A DNA stretch of 64,000 nt from Naegleria gruberi. Its lineage: Eukaryota. The notes under the pieces are model-generated. The model was not told the origin of the DNA. It did not search any database and saw only the letters and a program-made list of their open reading frames with translations. Below are positions 33,825-43,830 of the stretch, in pieces. The stretch lies in assembly GCA_000004985.1 (NCBI GenBank), contig GG738849.1, one strand, 5' to 3'. The position numbers and the translations under genes were made by a program. Every line of letters begins with the position of its first letter. The first letter of the stretch is position 1.

Positions 33825-34263
33825 TATGTGTGTGTTTTTGGTTAGTGTATTGTTGTCTTTTTATTTTTTCTTTTAAACTTGGAGGAACATGAACCATTAT
33901 TAATACATGATTTGATGAACATCAAACACGTGTTTCAAGACACGAAAATTTGTTTCTAAAAAAAACATCTTCATTCGATATCGGGAACTGTAGAGGTGAC
34001 TACAAAATGCCACAAGAATCTGGTTGAGTAAGGTATAGTAAGGGGTAAAAATACTAAACCTTGTTGATAAAGCTGCTAAATCTTTTAACTCTAAATAGTG
34101 AATGGTGACTTGAAGCTGCCTAGAAATTGAGTGAGATTAGCAAAGTTTAACAAGAAATTCTTCATTGTATTTTGCAATAAAGAATACATAATTGTTCAAC
34201 CGATCTTTTCAAGTTGTATTTTCTTTCCCGCCACAATTTGGTTCCAAAACTTCTACAAAAAAA

Positions 34264-34809
34264 ATGGCTGAATTACATCTTATTGGAGAAATTACAGGAG
34301 CAACAGGGTACAGGGAAGATAATCTGTTTTGCTCATTTCATGTTGAAAAGGGAAGTCACTGGACACATGTAAGCGGCTTGGAAAAAGGACAAACACAAGT
34401 AAATAAGAGACACGGAGAAGATATGGTCAATATATTTGCACATCCGATAGATATTCATTACTCAACACCAACTGTTGTAGGTTGGCCTAAAATAGTGATA
34501 CAAGTGTGGTACAATGATAATTATGGAAGAAATGATTTTGTGGCATATGGAGTTTTGAATATCCCTTCGCAGGGAGGTTACTTTGAATTGGAGTGTCCAA
34601 CATGGAGGCCAGTAGGAAATTTGAAGGATAGAATTGGTGACCTAGTTGTTGGTGGAAGAATGCAAGTAAAGGATTTATCAATTGTACATAACGGAGAAGA
34701 CAGAAGAAAGCTCACAACCATATCATGTGGAACTGTATATATCAAATTGAATGTATTATTAAGGAACTTTAAAAAGTATGGAGTTTCAACAACTCAGGTA
34801 CAACAATAA
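34264..34809 (+). CDS. B9D2: B9 domain-containing protein 2 (ciliary transition-zone MKS module)
   Basis: MAELHLIGEITGATGY...NLFCSF...GQTQV...FAHPIDIHYST...VGWPKIVIQVWYNDNYGRNDFVAYGVLNIPSQGGYFELECPTWRP. ATG at 34264, inside the larger ORF-track ORF. Confidence 0.75.
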   Translation: MAELHLIGEITGATGYREDNLFCSFHVEKGSHWTHVSGLEKGQTQVNKRHGEDMVNIFAHPIDIHYSTPTVVGWPKIVIQVWYNDNYGRNDFVAYGVLNIPSQGGYFELECPTWRPVGNLKDRIGDLVVGGRMQVKDLSIVHNGEDRRKLTTISCGTVYIKLNVLLRNFKKYGVSTTQVQQ

Positions 34810-34862
34810 TTTATAATGAAATAATCAGTAAAATGATTCGTATATTTACAATATTATAACAA

Positions 34863-36078
34863 TTAGAGAAAAGTTGGATTGGCAGTTGTAATGGATGGTT
34901 CCTCTGTTGATGTAGTTCCTTCCAATTGAGAATAGGTTCCGACATTACCCTCCCTTCTCTTCCCATATTCATCTAATACATTGTGAGCTACCAATACAGC
35001 ATCTCTGTCATAGGTTTCATAATCGAGTGGTCTTCTTCTCACAGTGGCTGAAGTAAATCTCGACTTGACATTAGAGACACCTGAAGTACCCTCATGTTTT
35101 GTGAGAGCTCCTGTATTTTGTTCGGCGATACTCTTTCTGAATGCAATTTTCACTTCTGGATCCAATTCTTCGATACGATGAATTTTACCATCTCTCATGT
35201 AGACAACTCTGTCAGCTGCATTTTTCAAGTTAGGGTCGTGAGTAACCATGACCATTGTAATTCCATCTTCCTGATTGAGTTTGATGAGTAGATCCATAAC
35301 ATTAAGGGTATTTTTTGTATCCAAGTCACCACTATAAATCCATATCAGGTTTTCAGGTTTAGAATATTAGTCAATTCAATGTTAAAGTTAAATTAGAAAA
35401 TGTTAGAAAATTCTAAATAAATGAAATACATACGTTGGTTCATCTAAAAGTAAAATTTCTGGGTGATTAGAAATGGCTCTGGCAATTGTGACACGCTGTT
35501 GTTCACCTCCTGACAATTGATTAGGAGAGTGATCGAAACGATGTCCCATTCCAACTTTTTCTAACAACTTTTTAGCTCTTTCTCTTCTTGTTGATTTACT
35601 CACATTTCCTTGTAAAATCATTGGCATTTCCACATTTTCCAAAGCAGACATTGTTGATAATAAGTTAAAAGTTTGAAATACAAATCCCATTCTAGCCAAT
35701 CTAATATTGGCCAATGTTTCATCCTTTGTATTTGAAGTAACACGTTCTCCACAAATTGTCAAGTGACCCTTTGTTGGTTTATCAATAGTTCCAATAATAT
35801 TCAACATGGAGGTTTTACCACCTAAATGTGTGATGAAGATGTGTTGTTGATAATATTATTAATATTATTTATCACAATTATTATTATCATCATCATATCA
35901 TTAAATACACTACCTCCTGAAGTTCCGTAAATAACAAGAAATTCTCCTCTTTTCACTTTTAAATTAACTCCTCTCAAGGCAGGAACACCTTCAATACCTA
36001 ACAAGTAGGTTTTTTGAATATTATCCAATTCTATTATATAATCAGTTGTATCAACTTCTCCGACTTGTTTGAAGAGAC
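34863..36078 (-). CDS. Bacterial-type ABC transporter ATP-binding protein (LolD/MacB/FtsE-like NBD, ABCH-like), at least 3 exons, with C-terminal extension
   Basis: Exon A is 35915..~36078 (IIELDNIQKTYLLGIEGVPALRGVNLKVKRGEFLVIYGTSGG, Walker A split by the intron). Intron 35823..35914 is 92 nt (GTAGTG...TTTAG, phase 1). Exon B is 35434..35822 (GKTSMLNIIG, Q-loop, LSGGEQQRVTIARA, ILLLDEPT). Intron 35342..35433 is 92 nt (GTATGT...TTATAG, phase 2). Exon C is 34863..35341 (GDLDTKNTLNVMDLLIKL...ITMVMVTHD, then a ~130-aa non-ABC tail). No ATG lies upstream in frame, so a further 5' exon is possible. No TMD is attached. Confidence 0.75.
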
Positions 36079-36361
36079 TAAATTATTCGAAATATTATAT
36101 AAATTCATATTACGATCCAATTAAAATCACATACTTTTCAAATCCCTTGTTAAAGTCCTTCTCCTCCGTATTTTTCATAATGTTGATGGATATGTTTTTA
36201 ATGATGATGGATAATGATGATTATCACTGTGGTAGAGGTCTTTTTTTTAATTGATGATTGTGACGATTCTTGCTATTGAGCGCATATTCAACTCCGCTTC
36301 TAACATAACAATTAAATTTACTTTACAATATATTAATATATATTAAATTTTTAATCATTTA

Positions 36362-36756
36362 CAGCACGTTTACTTCAAATTTGACGCGTTTTTTGAAAGA
36401 AAATAAATTATTTAGAAAAAATTTTGTTGTTCTTCTGTTGTCAAATCCAAAATAAGCATTTCAATAGAACAACACCTAACCACTCGTTCTTACTCATTTC
36501 TACATATTTTTGAGAATGCTGCCACCCCAAGGGGTATGTCAATGCGAGGATTCATAATTTGAAGTCAGATTTCAAAACTACCTTAATTCCATCGAGAAAT
36601 TAGCATTTTGTTGAATAAAATATTATCGTTACAGATTCTTTTCAAATGGAGTTGAGTTTACTTGCCAAATCAAAATTGAAAGATGAAATACTTTAAATTT
36701 TAAAAAAAACAATTTTAATTTCCCCAAATCTTGTCAAACTTGAAGTAAACGTGCTG
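36362..36756. mobile_element. MITE-like non-autonomous DNA transposon (395 bp, 24-bp terminal inverted repeats, TA target-site duplication)
   Basis: The left end is cagcacgtttacttcaaatttgac (36362..36385). The right end 36733..36756 is its reverse complement with 1 mismatch (gtcaaacttgaagtaaacgtgctg). Both ends are immediately flanked by TA (36360-36361 and 36757-36758). The interior is AT-rich with no ORF. Confidence 0.6.
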
Positions 36757-36863
36757 TACAATTCAATAATTTAAACTTGATGTAAGAAAACAATACAATA
36801 GAAACAACAACGGAAGAAAAAGTGAAAGTGTCCAAATCTCCAACAAGACAACTTAAAAAAATT

Positions 36864-38048
36864 ATGATGCACAATTCAAAGACCCAACCATTCTCCATGA
36901 TGGGTCACACACCACTATCATCGGAGAGGAGGAAATATCGAAGAATGGAACAAATTATAAAACATCTTATACCTTTTGCAACTATTAAAAGTAGTAGTAG
37001 TATTGAAGAAAATAATTATTGTACAACAAGTGTAAATAATAATAGAAAATGTGAAAATAATAATCAAATGATGGAAATATTACAATTTTTAATAAGACAC
37101 ATTCTTGTTACTAAAAGGAATAATAAGGATTCTATCAATCAATTAAATATAATCCTACAAAAATATATTCAACAAACGAATGGGGATTTTAAAAAGTATT
37201 TACCAATCGGAATTATTGCAGGACTGATATGTGCAAACAAATATAATCAAAATAATAGTACTATATCGAATAGATTTAATATTGTAAAAAACATTTTTAG
37301 TAACAGTGCTGGAATTTTAAAAGATAACAATATTGCAGTCACAATTCATCATTTGAGTATGATTGAAATTTTAATTGCCATTTCAATTATTGTTACATTT
37401 TCTGGACTTACAGGAGCTGTGCTTGCACAAGTTTACGAAGAAAGTCGTGTGAGTAATGCCTTGTTAGATTTGGCAAAATTACAGGAAGGACTAGTTCTTT
37501 ATTTCACAAGACATGGTAAATATCCACTTTCACTTGAGGATTTATTAGAAGGAGGCGAGTTGAATAAGGTTCCAAAAGATCCTTGGGGAACAGATTACCT
37601 CTATGTCCCTCACCTCGATTGGAATCGTCTTAATAGAATTTTACTCACCACAACAACAAGCAATAGTGGAAATAATTCTACTTCACAACAACAATTAACA
37701 TATTTCAATGAAGTATTGAAGAGAATGGAAACTGTTCTGATAACATTACCTGGAGGTGTCACACCCATGTCATTACTAGCAATTGCCAATGAACAACCTT
37801 TCTGTATTTGTGTGGGAACAAAGATACCTCGTTTCCCAAGCAAGATTGATGTTGATGTATCGAGAGAACGTATCAGATATGTGGCCAATTTGATGAAAAT
37901 GTCTATGGAGAGAAGTAGTGTTGCTGGAAGTGTTCAATCCAATAATCAACAAGGTGTCACCTCAATAATGAATCAAATTACTGAATTGAATGCCAGAATT
38001 AAGAATATTTTAAATGTTACCAGACAAGCATCAGGTGGTGGAGAATAA
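36864..38048 (+). CDS. GspG: Type II secretion system major pseudopilin GspG homolog (mitochondrial T2SS-derived system) with long N- and C-terminal extensions
   Basis: The pseudopilin core is SMIEILIAISIIVTFSGLTGAVLAQVYEESRVSNALLDLAKLQEGLVLYFTRHGKYPLSLEDLLEGGELNKVPKDPWGTDYLYVP. This is an N-terminal hydrophobic helix with Glu at about +5, followed by the GspG-specific KxPKDPWGxxY motif. A ~180-aa basic N-terminal extension precedes it. The ORF-track ORF starts at a GTG at 36822. The first ATG is at 36864. Confidence 0.8.
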   Translation: MMHNSKTQPFSMMGHTPLSSERRKYRRMEQIIKHLIPFATIKSSSSIEENNYCTTSVNNNRKCENNNQMMEILQFLIRHILVTKRNNKDSINQLNIILQKYIQQTNGDFKKYLPIGIIAGLICANKYNQNNSTISNRFNIVKNIFSNSAGILKDNNIAVTIHHLSMIEILIAISIIVTFSGLTGAVLAQVYEESRVSNALLDLAKLQEGLVLYFTRHGKYPLSLEDLLEGGELNKVPKDPWGTDYLYVPHLDWNRLNRILLTTTTSNSGNNSTSQQQLTYFNEVLKRMETVLITLPGGVTPMSLLAIANEQPFCICVGTKIPRFPSKIDVDVSRERIRYVANLMKMSMERSSVAGSVQSNNQQGVTSIMNQITELNARIKNILNVTRQASGGGE

Positions 38049-38196
38049 ATTATTACTGTTTCATTCAATTAAATTGCAATTCACTACATTGATCAAAGTT
38101 TAAACAACTTCATTGCTGCAATAATGAAATAGCAGCAATCTAGATTCTTAAAAAACAAATAACGGATGTGCATACATTATTTTTAATGAAGAAAAA

Positions 38197-39867
38197 ATGT
38201 CTCGCAAAAAGGAACCTGTTGTCGAAGGACTTTCTGCTGCCGAAGCAAAAGTAAGAGCTTCCAGCGAAATTGTAAAGGAATTATTAAAAGCCTATGATAG
38301 TAATGAAACAGTTGTGATGGCAAAAGTCAGAGCACGTATTTCACGTAAATATAAATTAAAAACAGGACCAAAATTAGTAGAAATTATTGCAGCCATTCCG
38401 GAGGAACATAAATCAAAATTATTACCACTCTTGAAGGCCAAACCAATCCGTACAGCCAGTGGTATTGCTGTTGTTGCTGTAATGTGTAAACCTCACAGAT
38501 GTCCTCATATTGCCATGACAGGAAATGTTTGTTTATATTGTCCTGGTGGTCCTGACTCTGATTTTGAATACTCTACACAATCTTATACAGGTTATGAACC
38601 TACTAGTATGAGAGCTATTAGAGCTCGTTATAACCCATATCTTCAAACTAGAAATCGTATTGATCAATTGAAGAGACTTGGTCACGATTGTGATAAAGTT
38701 GAATTCATCATCATGGGTGGTACATTTATGAGTTTGGAAAAGGAATATCGTGATGAATTTATTAGAAATTTACATGATGCTCTCTCCGGTCACACCAGTT
38801 CAAGTGTCGAAGAAGCAATCAGATATAGTGAACAAAGCAAGCAAAAGTGTATTGGTATTACTATTGAAACAAGACCTGATTATTGTTTAAAGCCACACAT
38901 TTCTAATTTATTGGAATATGGTTGTACCAGACTTGAAATTGGTGTTCAATCTATTTATGAAGATATTGCTCGTGACACAAATCGTGGTCACACTGTTGCT
39001 TCTGTTAAACGTTCTTTCACATTGGCAAAGGATCAAGGTTACAAAATTGTTGCTCATATGATGCCTGACTTGCCAAACTCTGACATGGAAAGAGATATTC
39101 TTGGATTTATTGAATATTTTGAAAATCCTGCATTTAGAACTGATGGTCTTAAACTTTATCCAACATTGGTTATTAGAGGTACAGGATTGTATGAACTGTG
39201 GAAGACAGGACAATACAAGAATTATTCACCTGATTCATTGGTTGACTTGGTTGCTAAAATCATGTCACTTGTTCCTCCATGGACAAGAGTTTACCGTATT
39301 CAACGTGATATTCCAATGCCTCTTGTTACAAGTGGTGTTGAAAAGGGTAACTTGAGAGAATTGGCTTTGGCTAGAATGAAAGATTTGGGTTTGAAATGTC
39401 GTGATGTCAGAACTAGAGAAGTTGGTATTCAATCTATTCACACTAAGATTATTCCTGATGAAGTTGAACTCATTAGAAGGGATTATTGTGCTCAAGATGG
39501 TTGGGAAACTTTCCTTGCTTATGAAGATGCTGCTCAAGATATTTTAATTGGTTTATTACGTTTGAGAAAATGTACTCAAACTGATACTACTTTCCGTAAG
39601 GAATTGAAGAATGACCAAATTGCCCAAGCAAGTATTGTAAGAGAATTACACGTTTATGGTTCTGTTGTTCCTGTTCGTGCCAGAGATCCAACTAAATTCC
39701 AACACAAGGGTTATGGTACATTACTCATGGAAGAAGCTGAAAGAATTGCCAGAGAAGAACATGGCAGTCAAAAACTCCTAGTTATCAGTGGTGTTGGTAC
39801 TAGACATTATTATAGAAAATTAGGCTATGAATTGGATGGTCCATATATGAGTAAGATGCTTGTGTAA
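38197..39867 (+). CDS. ELP3: Elongator complex protein 3 (radical-SAM / GNAT tRNA modification enzyme)
   Basis: 556 aa, single exon, near-identical to metazoan ELP3 over long stretches ([89 protein letters not shown]). Confidence 0.95.
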   Translation: MSRKKEPVVEGLSAAEAKVRASSEIVKELLKAYDSNETVVMAKVRARISRKYKLKTGPKLVEIIAAIPEEHKSKLLPLLKAKPIRTASGIAVVAVMCKPHRCPHIAMTGNVCLYCPGGPDSDFEYSTQSYTGYEPTSMRAIRARYNPYLQTRNRIDQLKRLGHDCDKVEFIIMGGTFMSLEKEYRDEFIRNLHDALSGHTSSSVEEAIRYSEQSKQKCIGITIETRPDYCLKPHISNLLEYGCTRLEIGVQSIYEDIARDTNRGHTVASVKRSFTLAKDQGYKIVAHMMPDLPNSDMERDILGFIEYFENPAFRTDGLKLYPTLVIRGTGLYELWKTGQYKNYSPDSLVDLVAKIMSLVPPWTRVYRIQRDIPMPLVTSGVEKGNLRELALARMKDLGLKCRDVRTREVGIQSIHTKIIPDEVELIRRDYCAQDGWETFLAYEDAAQDILIGLLRLRKCTQTDTTFRKELKNDQIAQASIVRELHVYGSVVPVRARDPTKFQHKGYGTLLMEEAERIAREEHGSQKLLVISGVGTRHYYRKLGYELDGPYMSKMLV

Positions 39868-39971
39868 ATATTTATTAAAAGTTTTTTCTTTCAATAACTT
39901 AATATCGTAACTCGTTAGACTGACTTGAATGAGCAACTATACTTGGAAACAAGTAAGAACAAAAACGCAAC

Positions 39972-40037
39972 CGCCCCACGTGGGGCTCGAGCCATTGGAT
40001 TAAAAGTCCAACGCTCTACCGACTGAGCTAGCGGGGC
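39972..40037 (-). tRNA. tRNA-Lys(UUU)-like sequence with non-canonical 3' half (possible pseudo-tRNA)
   Basis: The minus strand reads GCCCCGC-TA-GCTCAGTCGGTAGAGC-G-TTGGA-CTTTTAA-TCCAA-TGG... This gives a perfect acceptor 5' arm, D-arm and anticodon arm with anticodon UUU. There is no GTTCGANTCC T-arm. The 3' portion CTCGAGCCCCACGTGGGGCG is ~7 nt too short and GC-rich palindromic. GTGGGGC could still pair with the 5' acceptor via one G-U. Confidence 0.4.
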
Positions 40038-40229
40038 TGCTCACTTCTGAGTTTTAGCGTATGATAATGAAATAGATAATTGACCACAACACAGGAACGA
40101 AAATTTGAAAAAATTCGGGTATTTTAAGGATCTGTAAATATGAAGGACTCACATGACAATACAACAAATTTCACACAGTTTCAGTTAGTACACTTGAAAA
40201 CACAGAAAGTTGAATATAAATAATGTATT

Positions 40230-41327
40230 TTACAAAAATTCAGGATCTTGAAAATCTTTTTTACATAACCAACAGGCACTAATAACAAACAGTATTACAC
40301 AACAAACTCCACCCAGCAAACAAAAGCCTACAATACCATATATAATGGCAATAAATAATACAGCAACTTTCTTAACCTCGTAATAGCAGGTTCCTGTATT
40401 TACATCTCTTATTTGGAACGCTTTAGAGGTGGAACATGACATGTAAGAGGTAAAGTCACTAATTAGACCAACTCTTTTCAGATATGAAACCAGTTCTCTT
40501 CCTCCTGATTCGTAATCATAGGCTGTTGCTGTAATACTTGGGTATTGACAAGTACTCGACGAGTTACACATGTAAATAATTTCTGGCATTACAGCTCCGT
40601 CATAGTAAAAGTTGACACTAACTGTATGGGCGTATGTTTTTCCATGTGAAATTATTCTTCTCACCTTAATATTATTGTAAACTCTGACATACCAATTTTG
40701 AAAAATTTTGTCGCCATTGTTGTTGTAAAACTCATCCAAATTATTTGAAAGAACAAGATCAATGGTAGAACCAGAAGGTGATCTTAGTTCTACACTGATT
40801 TCTTTCAAATTTTCTCTTGGTGCATACTTTTGTTCAGCGTGATGAGTGGCCAAAATAAAGGTCAAAACATCACCAAATGTTTGGTTACTATTCACAAATT
40901 GATTTCTCAAATATGGCTTTCCATTAATCAATTTTGGTGGAAACGTTTCTTCAGCAGTACTAAAGTTTGCAGCATAACATTTGGCACACATTGATGTCGA
41001 TCCAAAAATCGTATAACCGGTATCACTATTTCCCACGTTATAGTCAGCACTCGATGTTCCATCTGAGGATGTTGTTGATTGTTGATTTGTTTTGTACATT
41101 TCACCTCCATCCCATCTTATTAAATCTGCAAAGCTATCAAGAAATGGTGTCGAGTCAGAAAGGGCCGAAAGGAAAGTCTCCGATGAAGAGCTAGCAGCCT
41201 TATTATTTCCCTCTATTGTTGATAATTGCATACAAAGAGCAAATACCAATAAAATTAGCATTATGAATATATATTTTCCATTGTAAAATAACAAATTGGA
41301 AGTAGACCTCTTCGCTAACGTCGTCAT
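40230..41327 (-). CDS. Type I membrane glycoprotein (signal peptide, extracellular domain, C-terminal TM with Cys cluster), hypothetical
   Basis: 365 aa. N-terminal hydrophobic IFIMLILLVFALCMQLS. C-terminal LFIAIIYGIVGFCLLGGVCCVILFVISACWLCKKDF. No family recognised. Confidence 0.5.
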   Translation of the reverse strand: MTTLAKRSTSNLLFYNGKYIFIMLILLVFALCMQLSTIEGNNKAASSSSETFLSALSDSTPFLDSFADLIRWDGGEMYKTNQQSTTSSDGTSSADYNVGNSDTGYTIFGSTSMCAKCYAANFSTAEETFPPKLINGKPYLRNQFVNSNQTFGDVLTFILATHHAEQKYAPRENLKEISVELRSPSGSTIDLVLSNNLDEFYNNNGDKIFQNWYVRVYNNIKVRRIISHGKTYAHTVSVNFYYDGAVMPEIIYMCNSSSTCQYPSITATAYDYESGGRELVSYLKRVGLISDFTSYMSCSTSKAFQIRDVNTGTCYYEVKKVAVLFIAIIYGIVGFCLLGGVCCVILFVISACWLCKKDFQDPEFL

Positions 41328-41481
41328 CCTTGATTCAAACTACTACGAGCACAAGGGAAGGAACAAAACTTGGATGTCGTTAATTGTGTAGTGTTGTTGT
41401 TGGGCGGCACCTGGAAGAATTTTTTCAGTTTGTTTGACAATCGTTGAGGGTTTTTGGTGGTTTTTTGTAGGGCTGTTACAG

Positions 41482-41489
41482 TATAAATA
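41482..41489 (+). promoter_or_regulatory. TATA-like element upstream of gene at 41682
   Basis: tataaata in gtataaatag, ~190 nt upstream of the ATG, in an intergenic region. Confidence 0.25.
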
Positions 41490-41681
41490 GTCAGGCCTCA
41501 AAAGAAAATGAAGCGGATTCTGTCTTATCATTCACGGGGTTTTCAATTTTGCTAAGTCGGAAGGTTCATTTCAATCTTTAATAACAAACTTGAAATTAAT
41601 CTTAATAACAAACTTTGATAAAACAATACCAACAAAATTAGTACCAGCAAACTGTTGAATATCAACAAGTGATAAGAAAAA

Positions 41682-42416
41682 ATGAGAACAAGACGAAGTG
41701 TTATAATTGCAGAGTCATCGGATGATGAGTTGATGGATGAATCTTCGGATAGTGATAATGATAACATATTTCAAGATGAAGAAGAGGAAGAGGAAAATTC
41801 AAATCAAATTGTTCTTGAACCACCAACAAGTTTTGAACACATTCCGATAATTAAATTGGACAAGGATTATTTCATGACAGCAATTTATATTAAAAAGTTC
41901 CTGCACCAGAGTGATTATGACTTGGTAAAGGCATTCAAAGAGTTTGGACAGGAAAAAGATAGGAAAGTGCTTCACGGAAGAGATATGGCAAAATTGGTTC
42001 ACTTAAGCCAACACCACTATCTTTCCAGTGATTTAGAGATAAAGCCGAATATCAAGGGTGTTGTTCTATTTAGAATGGAGTGGATTATTGAAATGTTTAA
42101 TAGAGAGATACTATCGAGTGAAAGTTTTGTCGAAAATGTCAATATAATAGATTTCATTATTGTATTCGATATGGAAAGAAATTGTGTTAACTTTAAGGAT
42201 GAAGTAATAGAAACACTCTTGGAATCTCAAAAGAAGCAACAGGAAGATAAGATTAAAGAGGAGGAGGACGCTGCGCAACCCTCTATTATTGAGGAGGAAA
42301 CATTTCACACATGCCCTATTAGAACTGAAGGAATTGAAAAATTTCAGGACTTTCTTAAACTCCACATCTCACACACTACCTCTGATCGATGCGTAATTAT
42401 GCCATTCGATTATTAG
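41682..42416 (+). CDS. Hypothetical protein with acidic Ser/Asp/Glu-rich N-terminus
   Basis: 244 aa, ATG at 41682, no recognisable domain. Confidence 0.45.
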   Translation: MRTRRSVIIAESSDDELMDESSDSDNDNIFQDEEEEEENSNQIVLEPPTSFEHIPIIKLDKDYFMTAIYIKKFLHQSDYDLVKAFKEFGQEKDRKVLHGRDMAKLVHLSQHHYLSSDLEIKPNIKGVVLFRMEWIIEMFNREILSSESFVENVNIIDFIIVFDMERNCVNFKDEVIETLLESQKKQQEDKIKEEEDAAQPSIIEEETFHTCPIRTEGIEKFQDFLKLHISHTTSDRCVIMPFDY

Positions 42417-42530
42417 CTTGAAAGACACACCCATCACTGCAGCAAGCATGTATACAAATAAGGCTTATTGCACCATGTGTTAATAAGCTCATCGGTTAAG
42501 AATCTTAATTTTACCGACACAAAAAAAACG

Positions 42531-43001
42531 ATGGGCTCTGCTGTCTCATCCTCACCTTCATTCTCAGACTATGTAGAGAATAAACAGAAACAAAGAATAC
42601 AAGAACACTATCAAAAGCTAAACAAATCTCATAAGGCACTTGTTCTTTCACCCAAGTCCTTAAATTACGTCTATAAGAGTCATCAATCCTCTCCCAATTT
42701 CTCAGTGCTTATTCCCGATGATAATTTAAATGATAAATCAAAGATGATTCGCTCAAAGTCTGTGCCTGTAAATCAAAGTGGAAAAAAGATTGCCTACCTT
42801 CAAAAGAGAGAGCACTCCGTAGTATTCAACAGGAAGCAATTTAATAATGTTGCAGAGTCTTCATTAAGTAGCACTAATCAATCATTTTCATCATCACAAC
42901 AATCAATTGAACCAACCAACTCTCTCTTCTCTAGAGTTAATACTACCAACACTCTGAAAACCAACAATTCAACACCACTCATAGAAACTGATTTAACTTG
43001 A
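42531..43001 (+). CDS. Small Ser-rich hypothetical protein with N-terminal MGxxxS myristoylation-type motif
   Basis: Starts MGSAVSSSPSF at ATG 42531, inside ORF 42468..43001. Low complexity. Confidence 0.4.
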   Translation: MGSAVSSSPSFSDYVENKQKQRIQEHYQKLNKSHKALVLSPKSLNYVYKSHQSSPNFSVLIPDDNLNDKSKMIRSKSVPVNQSGKKIAYLQKREHSVVFNRKQFNNVAESSLSSTNQSFSSSQQSIEPTNSLFSRVNTTNTLKTNNSTPLIETDLT

Positions 43002-43771
43002 TCACACACTTGAAAAAGCAGCAAAGGTAAAATACTTGAAATCCAAAACAAGTGGATGGCTCTTCAAATATCAAAGTTTTCACTTATTGAGAAAGTGTAA
43101 TATGAAAACATTACAATACCTCTTATTCCTCTGAGATTTCTGGCACTCATTTCATTAATAATGATGCCTGAAAGAACCAAATACCAAATGACATAGCATA
43201 ATAAATGGTCAACCTAATAATATACAATAACAATGTGAACAAACAAGGATATTTCTATCGCTTTAACATAATAGGCCCTTCTTCAGAGTCTCTATGGAGT
43301 ATGAGGTGGTGTTGAATGGGTAAAAAACCTTAACATCCTTCACCACACATCCAGATAAAGTATATATAAATGGGAGGGGGTGCTTCAAGACAATGTTCTC
43401 CAACCAGTGAGCCCTGGTGAGGCGAAGTTCACAAATTGCAATAGATTGAACAGAAAGCACACCTTGTTTTTTGGTTGAACTCGGCTAAGGAGGAAAGCAG
43501 TCCAACAAGAAACGAAAGAGCAAAACAGAATATAAACAAAAAAACAAAACAACTCAGATCACGCATTCTCCTATCAAACGAATCACAGACCAAAAAACTA
43601 TAGACTCATGGAAACCATGAAAGAAGTAGATAACGATATTCAAGAGCAATTGGCAAAGTTACCAAGCAGCAATGCTAGATAAAAGCAAAGTTTATTAATC
43701 GAACTCAAAAGCTACCCAAATTTTGTATTGAGGAAAGTTAAGAAATTCTAAATGGGAGAATGAAAATAATT

Positions 43772-43830
43772 AAAAATAAATACTTGGAGAAAAATAGCAA
43801 AATAATTAAAAATAAATACTTGAAAAAAAT
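43772..43830 (+). repeat. Short tandem duplication (22-nt unit aataattaaaaataaatacttg twice, 33 nt apart)
   Basis: Direct observation at 43772-43793 and 43805-43826, just upstream of the FYR-domain gene. Confidence 0.6.

Noticed and set aside
35830-35915. Short ORF 35822..36028 and AT-rich (att)n stretch
   Set aside because: The stretch is the 92-nt intron splitting the Walker A motif of the ABC ATPase. The 68-aa ORF tail is intronic read-through, not a separate gene.
36069-36254. 61-aa plus-strand ORF
   Set aside because: It overlaps the 5' end of the minus-strand ABC ATPase gene and has no features.
39985-40000. CTCGAG...CACGTG as evidence of a cloning-vector junction
   Set aside because: Considered because two 6-bp restriction-site palindromes sit 3 nt apart. 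The flanking sequence is continuous native-looking DNA with a tRNA 5' half, so contamination cannot be asserted without read evidence. It is kept as an observation only.
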